The position numbers were made by a program, and so were the translations under genes. From the NCBI RefSeq assembly GCF_001194135.2, contig NC_069007.1:16800098-16836177 (forward strand): a stretch of 36,080 nucleotides of DNA, read 5' to 3'. Positions within the stretch are counted from its first letter, which is position 1. Each line of letters begins with the position of its first letter. The notes under the pieces are model-generated. The model was not told the DNA's origin, did not search any database, and saw only the letters and a list, made by a program, of their open reading frames with translations. The DNA is from Octopus bimaculoides (taxonomy: Eukaryota). Below, in pieces: positions 22,504-33,129 of this stretch.

Positions 22504-22862
22504 CACAACCGTATATAAGCATAATTATATAATTATATCATTATATAATATGTAGGTCTGTGTGGGAAAAGGCTAGACTTCCAACTATCTTGTCACCAGA
22601 TCGAATGCTCAGAATATAAATAAAGTACAAATATATTTAAGTGTCAATATATCACGAGGTTATTGTTGTTGTTTGTCGTTTCACTGCTTAAGTCATTTTT
22701 CTTCTTTCCTGTTTGTTTCTCCTGACGCTACGTAACCGTTATAGTTATCTCCCTTGATAGTCTAATTAGATTACTTGCTCTCTTTTCCTCTCTCCCTCTT
22801 TTCCCCTATCTCTCTCTCTCTTTTCCTCTCTCTCGTTTTCAATTTCCCTCTTTTTACTGCAG

Positions 22863-23176
22863 TTGTGAGTGTTTATTGAGCGAAAACACCTAAAGCCCAA
22901 TGAGGCTCCGGCAGGGGATGGTGGCGAACCCTGCTGTACTCTTCCACCACAACTTTCTCTCACTCTTTCTTCCTGCTTCTGTTGTACCTGTAATTCAAAG
23001 GGTCAGCCTTGTCATACTCTGTGTCACGCTGAATATCCCCGAGAACTACGTTAAGGGTACACGTGTCTGTAGAGTGCTCAGCCACTTGCACGTTAATTTC
23101 ACGAGCAGGCTGTTCTGTTGATCGGATCAACTGGAACCCTCGACATCGTAAGCGACGGAGTGCCAACAAACAACAA
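22863..23176 (+). mobile_element. 5'-truncated family A SINE upstream of exon 1B'
   Basis: High identity to 27677-28067, lacks the tRNA head, absent from the equivalent position upstream of 1B. Confidence 0.85.
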
Positions 23177-23947
23177 TTGTAAACCTAATTTATGGGGCTG
23201 AATCACAATTTTACTCTCTTTGGTGTAGTTTGTGTGTGTGTATATACGTGTAGGACCTTNNNNNNNNNNNNNNNNNNNNNNNNNNNNNNNNNNNNNNNNN
23301 NNNNNNNNNNNNNNNNNNNNNNNNNNNNNNNNNNNNNNNNNNNNNNNNNNNNNNNNNNNNNNNNNNNNNNNNNNNNNNNNNNNNNNNNNNNNNNNNNNNN
23401 NNNNNNNNNNNNNNNNNNNNNNNNNNNNNNNNNNNNNNNNNNNNNNNNNNNNNNNNNNNNNNNNNNNNNNNNNNNNNNNNNNNNNNNNNNNNNNNNNNNN
23501 NNNNNNNNNNNNNNNNNNNNNNNNNNNNNNNNNNNNNNNNNNNNNNNNNNNNNNNNNNNNNNNNNNNNNNNNNNNNNNNNNNNNNNNNNNNNNNNNNNNN
23601 NNNNNNNNNNNNNNNNNNNNNNNNNNNNNNNNNNNNNNNNNNNNNNNNNNNNNNNNNNNNNNNNNNNNNNNNNNNNNNNNNNNNNNNNNNNNNNNNNNNN
23701 NNNNNNNNNNNNNNNNNNNNNNNNNNNNNNNNNNNNNNNNNNNNNNNNNNNNNNNNNNNNNNNNNNNNNNNNNNNNNNNNNNNNNNNNNNNNNNNNNNNN
23801 NNNNNNNNNNNNNNNNNNNNNNNNNNNNNNNNNNNNNNNNNNNNNNNNNNNNNNNNNNNNNNNNNNNNNNNNNNNNNNNNNNNNNNTAAAAATGACATTT
23901 GTGAATTAAAAAAAAAAACATTAATTGAATTAATAAAATGAACTTGC

Positions 23948-24104
23948 CATAAGCGATGTGTATCTGTTCGGGCAGATACGGGTTGAATTTAGTTGTAGGG
24001 TAACCATTGTAAATAGGTGTAGTGGAACAAAGCAACAAAACGTTGTAGAATGTTAATAACAAAATAGCGAATCTCCTGCACTCATTGAGACCTGAAATCT
24101 CCAT
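23948..24104 (-). CDS. ACP7: ACP7 alternative first coding exon 1B (MEISGLNECRRFAILLLTFYNVLLLCSTTPIYNGYPTTKFNPYLPEQIHIAY-G)
   Basis: ATG at 24104 (gttgtgATGG; the ORF track start at 24107 is a GTG), hydrophobic core, PEQIHIAYG. Non-canonical GC donor TATG|GCAAGT; 157 nt, phase 1. Confidence 0.75.
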
Positions 24105-24623
24105 CACAACCGTATATAAGCATAAATATATAATTATATAATATGTAGGTCTGTGTGGGAAAAGGCTAGACTTCCAACTATCTTGTCACCAGATCGAATG
24201 CTCGGAATATAAAGTACAAATATATTTAAGTGTCAATATATCACGAGGGTTTATTACTTCCCTGAGCTTTTGTTGTTTGTCGTTTCACTTCTTTTGTTAT
24301 TTTCTTGTTACCTGTTTGTTTGTTATGACGCTACGTGACAGTTGTCACCCTGGTTATATTAATTCGCTTAACCACTCCCCACCGCTTTCTCTTCCCCCCT
24401 CTCTCTCTCTTTCTGTTTCCCTTTTTATTCTGCGTTTTACTTTTTTTTTTATGGCTGTTGTAAATGGGTGCGGATCAATATTTCACTCTCTTTGGCATAG
24501 TTTGTATGTATTTATCAATCTCACTCTCTCTGTCTATCTGTCTGTCTATCTATCTCTCCATCTGTCTATCTATCTATCTCTCCATCTGTCCATCTATCTA
24601 TCTATCTATCTCTCCATCTGTCC

Positions 24624-24657
<34 letters not shown>

Positions 24658-25781
24658 ATATATATATCTGTCTATCTATCTATCTATATCTATATATCTA
24701 TCTATATGTCTGTCTATCTCTTCAACCTACTCAATCTTTCACCCCTCCAAGCTGTTCACACACAGTCAGTTCTATGTTACTCTCAGCTGAGTCGATGATC
24801 CATCAGACATAAAGATTTTTTCCTGACCTTTATAGTCTTATTTAGGGAGAAACATTGATGTGTCATTTTACTATGCCAAGAGGATCTCACAGATATCTCA
24901 ATTATGAAAATGTCAAATTCAGTATAAATATTGTATACACAAATACATGTTGCTTTTTTTCCGTTCTCATTTGTTTCTTTATTTAACTGTGGCCCTGCTG
25001 GAGCACTACCTTAAAAAGTTTTAGTCGAAGAACTTAACTCCAGGACTTATTCTTTGTAAGCCTAGTACATATTGTATCAGTCTCTTTCACTGAACTGCTA
25101 ATTTATGGAGTCATAAACATACCAGCATCATTTGTCAAGCTATGGCAGGGGGACAAACATAAACACACACACATATGAATATATACATATACATATGATG
25201 AGCTTCTTTCAGTTCCCGTATACCAAATCCACTCATAAGGCTTTGAGTGACCCAAGGTACCACACAGTGGGACTGAACCCAGAATCATGTGGTTGGGAAG
25301 CAAGCTTCTTACCACGCAGCCACGCTGGTGTCTATATTTGATTGATAAAATTTCCCTTTTGTGGTTTGCTGTATAGAAAAATAAAAAACAGTTGTAAACT
25401 AATATGTATTTTGATGTATCAAATGCTACTTTTCAAGTGTAGTGTTGTAGAATACTTTTTATTCAGGCAACAATTTAAGTTCATTTTCACTGAAATATCT
25501 TGAGAGGTCTTCAGTGTCACGGGAAGTTTCATTTCATAGAAATATTGTTAAATTATTGAGGTCAGAACAATTGGTATAAGGAAGTCTATAGTCAAACAAT
25601 TCATTTCTCATCCATAGAAACAACTTTGTCTTCAATTTCAATTAATGAATTAATGTGGTGTTATAGATTTCGCAACTGTATTCTATTTTTGTACCAGGAT
25701 ATTGTAACTGAATCTGGTATTTGTAATCTTGCACAAGATAATTTCTGTAGCTTAGCCTTATAGATGCTGGATCCTCTAAAC

Positions 25782-26083
25782 CAGGGGTTTTCAAACTGTG
25801 GTCCGCGGACCACAGGGGGTCTGCAAAGGACAAGACAGGGGGTCCGTGGACAGCAAATACTTTTTATGGGCAATTTGATTTTATATATGTTTTTTAATCG
25901 AAATCTTTTAATTGACAATAAACCTATTTTGTTAAATACTGTTAAATAAATAAATGTGAAAATATATGTTATTTTAAGCAAATATTTATGTATAAATTTC
26001 ATAAGCGTTTATAAGGGGGTCCCTAAGGTAAAGCCTGAAATATAAATAAGGGGTCCGCAAGTCAAAAAGTTTGAAAACCCCTG
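25782..26083 (+). mobile_element. hAT (Charlie-like) MITE, copy 1, 302 bp
   Basis: TIR CAGGGGTTTTCAAACT / AGTTTGAAAACCCCTG; 8-bp flanks CTCTAAAC (left) and ACCTGGGC (right). Confidence 0.88.
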
Positions 26084-26170
26084 ACCTGGGCAACACAAAC
26101 TACCTCCTAGCTCTAGTTAGATCACCCAGGTAGCAGAAATTACGCACAGCTTTAGTTAGGTCACCTAGGC

Positions 26171-26471
26171 CAGGGGTTTTCAAACTGTGGTCCGCGGACC
26201 ACAGGGGGTTCGCAAGGACAAGACAGGGAGTCCATGGACAGCAAATACTTTTTATGAGCAATTTGATTTTATATATGTTTTTTAATCGAAATCTTTTAAT
26301 TGACAATAAACCTATTTGTTAAATACTGTCAAATAAATAAATGTAAAAATATATGTTATTTTAAGCAAATATTTATGTATAAAATTCATAAGCGTTTATA
26401 AGGGGGTCCCTAAGGTAAAGCCTGAAATATAAATAAGGGGTCCGCAAGTCAAAAAGTTTGCAAAACCCCTG
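26171..26471 (+). mobile_element. hAT (Charlie-like) MITE, copy 2, 301 bp
   Basis: About 10 differences from copy 1; 8-bp flanks ACCTAGGC (left) and CTCTAAAT (right). Confidence 0.88.
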
Positions 26472-26981
26472 CTCTAAATCACAGTATTTAAGGAGAATGG
26501 CAAACAGTGTTTTTAACTTGCCTACTGTGCAAGACACAGAAGTCTCTGGCATTGCTGCCATTCAATGACTATCATCCTATAACAAACCTAATCTAAAAGC
26601 TAGAAGCACAAATGAAACCATCAACAGTTCGAAGGTTGATAAAGGATGTGGGACCACAGATTTTATGGAGAAGCAGCCGTAAGTAGAAACATTCCTGCTG
26701 AGTTGGATACACGGTATAAACTCTTCCCAGAATGTTGTCAAATTGGATATCAGGATAAGCATCAACCTCAGTGCCTCTTTTTTCTGCGATTCCATTGTTT
26801 GTTGTTCCATTGTGTGTGTAAATTTAGTATTTGGTGTTGTTGATTGATCTATGAAAAACACCAACACATTGTCTGATGGTTGGACTCTCTAAGCTTAATT
26901 AATTCAAATTTATTAATGATTGTGAATTGCCTGGGACTTAAAATTTCCTACTGTTCAGTTTATTAACCAGTTAAGCAGGCC

Positions 26982-27166
26982 TGTTGTTGTTGTTGTTGGC
27001 ACTCCGTCGCTTACGACGTCGAGGGTTCCAGTTGATCTGATCAACGGAACAGCCTGCTCATGAAATTAATGTGCAAGTGGCTGGGCACTCCACAGACACG
27101 TGTACCCTTAACGCAATTCTCGGGGATATTCAGCGTGACACAGTGTGACAAGGCTGACCCTTTGAA
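26982..27166 (-). mobile_element. 5'-truncated family A SINE with an 11-bp TSD
   Basis: TTAAGCAGGCC at 26971-26981 and 27167-27177; (CAA)n tail. Confidence 0.9.
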
Positions 27167-27676
27167 TTAAGCAGGCCAAACAAATTAATAACAATGCAAA
27201 TCTTGAAGTCAACTTCAAATCATCGACATACCATCACCATCATCACCATCACCATCATCATCATCATCATCATCATCATTTTGACAGCCACTCTTCCATA
27301 CTTGCACAGTTCAAATAGATTTTATTTGAGGTAAATTTTCTGGGGTAAGACACCCGTCTTGTTGCCAATTCTCACCTGCTTTCTAGTAAGGTAATATTGT
27401 TCCCCATGTCAAGGCGTCGAGCTGGCAGAAACGTTAGCACGTAGGGCGAAATGCTTAGTGGTATTTCATCTGCCGTTACGTTCTGAATTCAAATTCCGCC
27501 GAGATCGACTTTGCCTTTCATCCTTTCGGGGTCGATTAAATAAGTACCAGTTACAAATTGGGGTCGATATAATCAACAGCCCCAGCAAGTTGTCACGTGA
27601 CACTGTCTAAACTTTAACTGCAGTGGTAGTGGTTTTGATGCATGTGGGATTGGTGCTGGCTGTAGTATGCTGATAG

Positions 27677-28067
27677 TGGAGGCGCAATGGCCCAGTGGTT
27701 AGGGCAGCGGACTCGCGGTCATACGATCACGGTTTCGATTCCCAGACTGGGCATTGTGAGTGTTTATTGAGCGAAAACACCTAAAAGCTCCACGAGGCTC
27801 CAGCAGAGGATGGTGGCGAACCTTGCTGTACTCTTTCACCACAACTTTCTCTTACTCTTACTTCCTGTTTCTGTTGTACCTGTAATTCAAAGGGTCAGCC
27901 TTGTCACACTGTGTCACGCTGAATCTCCCCGAGAACTACGTTAAGGGTACACGTGTCTGTGGAGTGCTCAGCCACTTGCACGTTAATTTCACGAGCAGGC
28001 TGTTCCGTTGATCGGATCGACTGGAACCCTCAACGTCGTAAGCGACGGAGTGCCAACAACAACAAAA
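27677..28067 (+). mobile_element. Full-length family A tRNA-derived SINE with a perfect 15-bp TSD
   Basis: GTAGTATGCTGATAG at 27662-27676 and 28068-28082; A and B boxes; CAA tail. Confidence 0.92.
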
Positions 28068-28193
28068 GTAGTATGCTGATAGATGATGATGATGACAAAG
28101 ATGGAGATGATGACGATGATGTTGATGACGATAGTAGCATCATTAACAACACGGTAAGAACAAATAACGAAAGCAAGCTAATTATGGTCTTAC

Positions 28194-28338
28194 CGTAGGA
28201 AATATGTATTTGGTCCGGTTGAGTTCGACTCGGCAGGTAACGGCCTGACACAGCAGTGGTCAATGCCAGGACCAAAATTGGCACCACTGTCACCAAGTGG
28301 CTTGGCGCCAAAAGAAAGTGTCTTGAAAGTTTGGTCAT
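28194..28338 (-). CDS. ACP7: ACP7/PAPL purple acid phosphatase, alternative first coding exon 1A (signal peptide; MTKLSRHFLLAPSHLVTVVPILVLALTTAVSGRYLPSRTQPDQIHISY-G)
   Basis: ATG in a good context (cagtcaccATG), hydrophobic stretch, PDQIHISYG matching the PEQVHLSY start of the PAP N-terminal domain. Donor TACG|GTAAGA; 145 nt = 48 codons + 1, phase 1, compatible with exon 2. Confidence 0.88.
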
Positions 28339-28398
28339 GGTGACTGTTTAGTAGAATTCAACATTTACAAAATGTGGCGGAACTCTGTCGAAAACACC

Positions 28399-28406
28399 TT
28401 TATATG
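28399..28406 (-). promoter_or_regulatory. Candidate TATA box (CATATAAA) for exon 1A
   Basis: TATAAA about 60 nt upstream of the 1A ATG. AT-rich background lowers specificity, and ctaaacag|tcaccATG could instead be an acceptor. Confidence 0.35.
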
Positions 28407-29024
28407 TTTACCAGGTAATAATGATAATGCTGCTACTGCTATTGCTGAAGATGAAGATGAAGACAGTAATGAAAATGGTAATGATAATAATATCTATGAC
28501 CAAAAGAACTGAAGGAGAGGGAAGAGGAAGGGGAGGATGAGGCGGGAGGAGAAGAGATAGGGAGATGGAGAAGCGGATGGGGAAAGAGGTGGGAGGAGAA
28601 GGAAGAAGAGGCAGGAAAGCAGAGGAGGAGGATGATGAGAAGTAGGAGGAGGATAATTCATTATAGAAATTGATAAAACCAAAAAAAGAAAAAAAAGAAA
28701 TAAAACAAACAAAAACTACATTTAATCTTAATTGATACTTTACTCTACTGATTAACTAAACTGCATTATTTTTTTGTCCGACAACAATTCATAGATAACG
28801 AGTATTTTGAGATAATTTAACGTAAACAATAATTACAACAACAACAACAACAATAACTGTAACAGTGATGGTTAATGTGTGAGTCGGGGTTGATATTAAA
28901 GTACATCACATTATAATACATTATAATATATTATAATATATTGTGTCAAAATACAATGCAAGAGACATCAGTTCATTGTCCATAACCATTGCAAGATAAA
29001 CAAGACACCCATGGAATGATGATA

Positions 29025-29260
29025 GTGGTGGTGTGGTGGTGGTGGTGGTGGTGGTGGTTGTGGTGGTTGTGGTTGTGGTTGTGGTTGTGGTGGTTGTGGC
29101 TGTGGTGGTGGTTGTGGTGGTGGTGGTGGTGGTGGTTGTGGTTGTGGTCACCATTGTCGTCATGGTTGTGGTGGCAGCAGTGCAAGTGGTAGGGGATCAT
29201 GGTGGTGACGATGACAACAATGAGGATGATGATGAGGATAAGGAGGAGGAGGAGGAGGAT
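29025..29260. repeat. (GGT/TGT)n and (GAT/GAG)n microsatellites
   Basis: Directly visible. Confidence 0.95.
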
Positions 29261-30038
29261 AGTCCTTTTACTATAGACACAAGGCCTGAAATTTTAGAGG
29301 AGGAACCCTAGTCGATTATATCAATCCCCAGTGTGTAACTGGTACTTAATTTATCAACCCTAAAGGATGAAAGGCAAAGTTGACCTTGGTGGAATTTGAA
29401 CTCAGAACATAAAGACGGATGGAATACCACTAAGCATTTTGCCCAGTGTGTTAACAATTCAACTGGCTTGCCACCTTAACAATAATAGGAATATAAGTTT
29501 CTCCTATCAACTATAATAAAACCAACTTAACTATTGTCTTTTTGCTGCAGATCGTGTCTCTGAGTAACACAGTTCGAACAAACAATACCCGAGCTAAATA
29601 AATAAATCGACAAAAGACCAGCAATTTGATTAGATTTTTAGTTTTATCGGTTGACATTTATCAACATGTGATAAAATAGCAGTAATTAAACTGCTAATTG
29701 TTTTATTTATCACTAATTGTGTCATGATCAGCACGTGCCTGATTAGATATTAGTAATTTTCTCTTGATTTTTTTTTTTTTTTTTTTTTTTTGGTTTCTTC
29801 GACTGGAAGTTGTTTTAGTGTACATCATAGTATTAATGTTATATTTTATTGACCCAGAAGGGGAGATGTGTGCTCAAGCAGGAATTGAGTTTAGAACAGT
29901 GAAATAGTAAATTTGATACGAGTTGTTGAAGAAGCCTCTGCATGGTCTTTCACCATGCTAGAAATAGCAAGTGAATGTTTTACATAGAAAATAGACTTGG
30001 AAATAAAGGTGATGGTGATGATGGAAGATCTACAACTA

Positions 30039-30817
30039 TAAACACACATACACACAAATATAAACAGAAAGACACACACACACACATATGCACACAAATA
30101 TAAATACATACATACATAATGTATATTACAATGCATGTGACTCCATATATTTACACAGGCATCTCTGTAAACACAAGCCCACATTCACACACGCACATAG
30201 ACACGCACACATGGTTTCAAATTTTGGCACAAGGCCAGCAATTTTGTGGGGAAGGGATAAACCAATTACATCGACCCCAGTACTCAACTGGTACTTATTT
30301 CATCGACCCCGAAAGGATAAAAGGCAAAGTAAACATCAGCGGAATTTGAACTTAGAATGTAAAGACAGACGAAATTCTGCTAAACATTTTGGCCAGCATT
30401 TTTTTATTCTTTTACTTGTTTCAGTCATTTGACTGTGGCCATGCTGGAGCACCAACTGGTTGCGAAGCAAGCTCCTAACCACACAGCCACATACATACAT
30501 ACATACATACAACCTCTTCCAATAAATATTTCAAAGCGACATGCTGGAGCACCGCTTTTAGTCGAGCAAATCGACCCCAGGACTTATTCTTTGTAAGCCT
30601 AGTACTTATTCTATCGGAGGTGGGTGGGAAGGGGGTTATGTGCATGTGTGCGTGTCTATGTGCGTGTGTGAATGTGGGCTTGTGTTTACAGAGATGCCTG
30701 TGTAAATATATGGAGTCACATGCATTGTAATATACATTATGTATGTATGTATTTATATTTGTGTGCATATGTGTGTGTGTGTGTCTTTCTGTTTATATTT
30801 GTGTGTATGTGTGTTTA
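30039..30817. repeat. Perfect 175-bp inverted duplication (30039-30213 / 30643-30817) around a SINE patchwork
   Basis: Arms are exact reverse complements by eye; ORFs 30088+ and 30768- share an identical 42-aa start. Confidence 0.9.
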
Positions 30818-31385
30818 CAGATATGTTTGTACAAATATATAGAATTACATGTACATGTGCTCAGTCACACACACATACATCATCATCATCATCATCGTCA
30901 TTTAACGTCCGCTTTCCATGCTAGCATGGGTTGGACGATTTGACTGAGGACTGGTGAAACCAGATGGCTACACCAGGCTCCAATCTGATTTGGCAGAGTT
31001 TCTACAGCTGGATGCCCTTCCTAACGCCAACCATCTCGCTCGAAAGTCGTTACACATGCCGCAGGCACAAGTGCCAGAAAGGCGTTGCTGGGCACAGATG
31101 TCATCACAATTTCGCTTTCGCTTGCCCCAATAAGTCTTTGCAAGCAAAGTTTCGTGTCCAATGAGGGAGATGACGTTGGCATGGGTATTCTTATAAATAT
31201 TACACATCGGGTTATCCCATAAATAATGCAGTTTCTTTCACTTGCATGTATTAAAATTCAGAGAGGGACAGGGTAAACTATCTGTATCAACTTGCTGTAA
31301 AAGCAGACAGTGATTTAAACTTATTCCTAGTGCAAGTTTTGAAGAGTGCAGTTTGATTTTAAAAGTTATTTTTTCAAAGCTATAA

Positions 31386-31605
31386 CCCTTTAGCATTTAA
31401 TCTGGCCATATCCAGCCAAAACAGTTTATCTGCCTGATGTTCAAAAGGGTCAGATCTGGCCCTTCACACCTACTCTACAACATAGTTCTGAAAATAAACT
31501 ACCACATCATCAAAATCCTGAAGCCACAAGATAAATCATGATTAATGCAAAACAATGTGAAGAAATAGGCATTACATTTAACAGACTAACCTGAATGCTA
31601 AAGGG
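31386..31605. mobile_element. piggyBac-type MITE, 220 bp
   Basis: TIR CCCTTTAGCATT / AATGCTAAAGGG, flanked by ATAA and TTAA. Confidence 0.72.
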
Positions 31606-31608
31606 TTA

Positions 31609-31895
31609 ATGGAAATGACAGAGGAGCATATTCAGCATATTTTGCTTTATGAGTTCAATAAAGGTAACAATACAACGGAAAATGTGAGGAATATTAATGC
31701 AGGATATGGGGATCAGACAATAAGTGCAAGCTAGGCTCAACGGTGGGTCCAGGAATTTTGAGCCAGAAATTAAAACCTTGAAGATGAGTTGCATCCTGGA
31801 AGATCTGTAGAGCTCAACAAGGACATCCTGCAAACCCTGGTAAAACAAAATTCCATTATAACTATTGAGGACCTAGCAGAGAAGGTAAATATCAC
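31609..31895 (+). pseudogene. Mariner (Hsmar1/Mos1-like) transposase N-terminal pseudogene fragment
   Basis: One frame: MEMTEEHIQHILLYEFNKGNNTTENVRNINAGYGDQTISAS*AQRWVQEF*ARN*NLEDELHPGRSVELNKDILQTLVKQNSIITIEDLAEK, with 3 in-frame stops. Confidence 0.88.
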
Positions 31896-32138
31896 ACACA
31901 CACACAAACACACATATACTATTTACTATTATTTTTACTCTTTTACTTGTTTCAGTCATTTGACTGCGGCCATGCTGGAGCACCGCCTTTAGTCGAGCAA
32001 ATCGACCCCAGGACTTATTCTTTGTAAGCCTAGTACTTATTCTATCAGTCTCTTTTGCCGAACAGCTAGGTTACGGGGGACGTAAACACACCAGCAACGG
32101 TTGTCAAGCGATGGTGGGGGGGACAAACACAGACACAC

Positions 32139-32173
<35 letters not shown>

Positions 32174-32892
32174 NNNNNNNNNNNNNNNNNTGTTTACGCT
32201 TTTCCCTCCGGTTTTTTGTTCTATGTGTGCAATAAATATCGCCATCCGTTTAGAGAAAAATTTGTAGTTTAGAATCAGTAGTTCTTTGACTGCTATTTCT
32301 AAAATTTTCAGTATGTTGGAGAAGCAACTCAATGCTAATCCCTGTATATTTATGATGATAAATGGTTTTACCGATAAAGGTTTTTTCATACTGAACTACT
32401 TGGCAAAATTGTTAATTATTAATTCTATTATTAACTGACGATTCCCTGCCCTTATTCTTGTATATTTTATATATATATATATATGTATGTATGTATGTGT
32501 GTGTATATACATATAGATACGTGTGTGTGTGTGTGAACGCATGTGTATGTGATTGTGTGAGTGCAACTAAAGATACCTACAACAGATTGACAGATAAATA
32601 GATTATATATATACACATTAATACTGACCCTCACGTCCATACATGTGTTATTTAAGAAGTTATATAAAGGAATTAACTACTTCCAGCATAGAATCTCCTT
32701 AAATCTCTTGTATATACTGGACTTATCTCCTTAGGCTGTTGGCTTTAATCTGTTTTGAAGCTCCAAAGTTGGAGGGGAATTGTGTTGGTGGTGGTGGCGG
32801 CAGTGGTGGTGGTGGTGGTGGTGATGCTGTTCGTAGTGGTGATCATGGTGGTAATGGTTATCATGGTGGTGATGGGGAGTGGTGGTAGTGAT

Positions 32893-32927
<35 letters not shown>

Positions 32928-33129
32928 CGGGCTTCTTTCAGTTTCCATCTCCCAAATCCGCTCACAGGGCTTTGGTCAGCCAGGGGCTATGGTACAAGAC
33001 AGTTGCCCAAAGTGCTATGTAGTGGGATTGAACTTGGAACCATGTGACCAAGATGTAAACTTCTCACCACACGCACACACACACACACATACATACACAT
33101 ACATACACACACACACACAGTACTTTATA

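Noticed and set aside
24105-24107. First 'M' of ORF-track proteins at 24107 and 22506
   Set aside because: The codon is GTG; the real ATGs are at 24104 and 22503.
24104-24152. Acceptor-like cttttcccacacag upstream of 1B (also at 22558) suggesting 1A-to-1B tandem splicing
   Set aside because: The distances to the ATG (46 and 54 nt) are out of frame with phase-1 exon 1A. It might still serve an upstream non-coding exon, which I cannot locate.
26577-26867. 96-aa minus-strand ORF between exons 1A and 1B
   Set aside because: No leader plus PxQIH motif, no domain similarity recognised and no convincing splice sites.
30940-30975. CTGAGGA followed by a CTGG/CCAG stem in family D repeats as a hammerhead
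   Set aside because: There is no GAAA after stem II and no stem I/III or NUH arrangement.
32190-32450. Unique-looking block with ORF 32066-32389 as a Helitron fragment
   Set aside because: No helicase motif or CTAG/hairpin terminus could be verified by eye.
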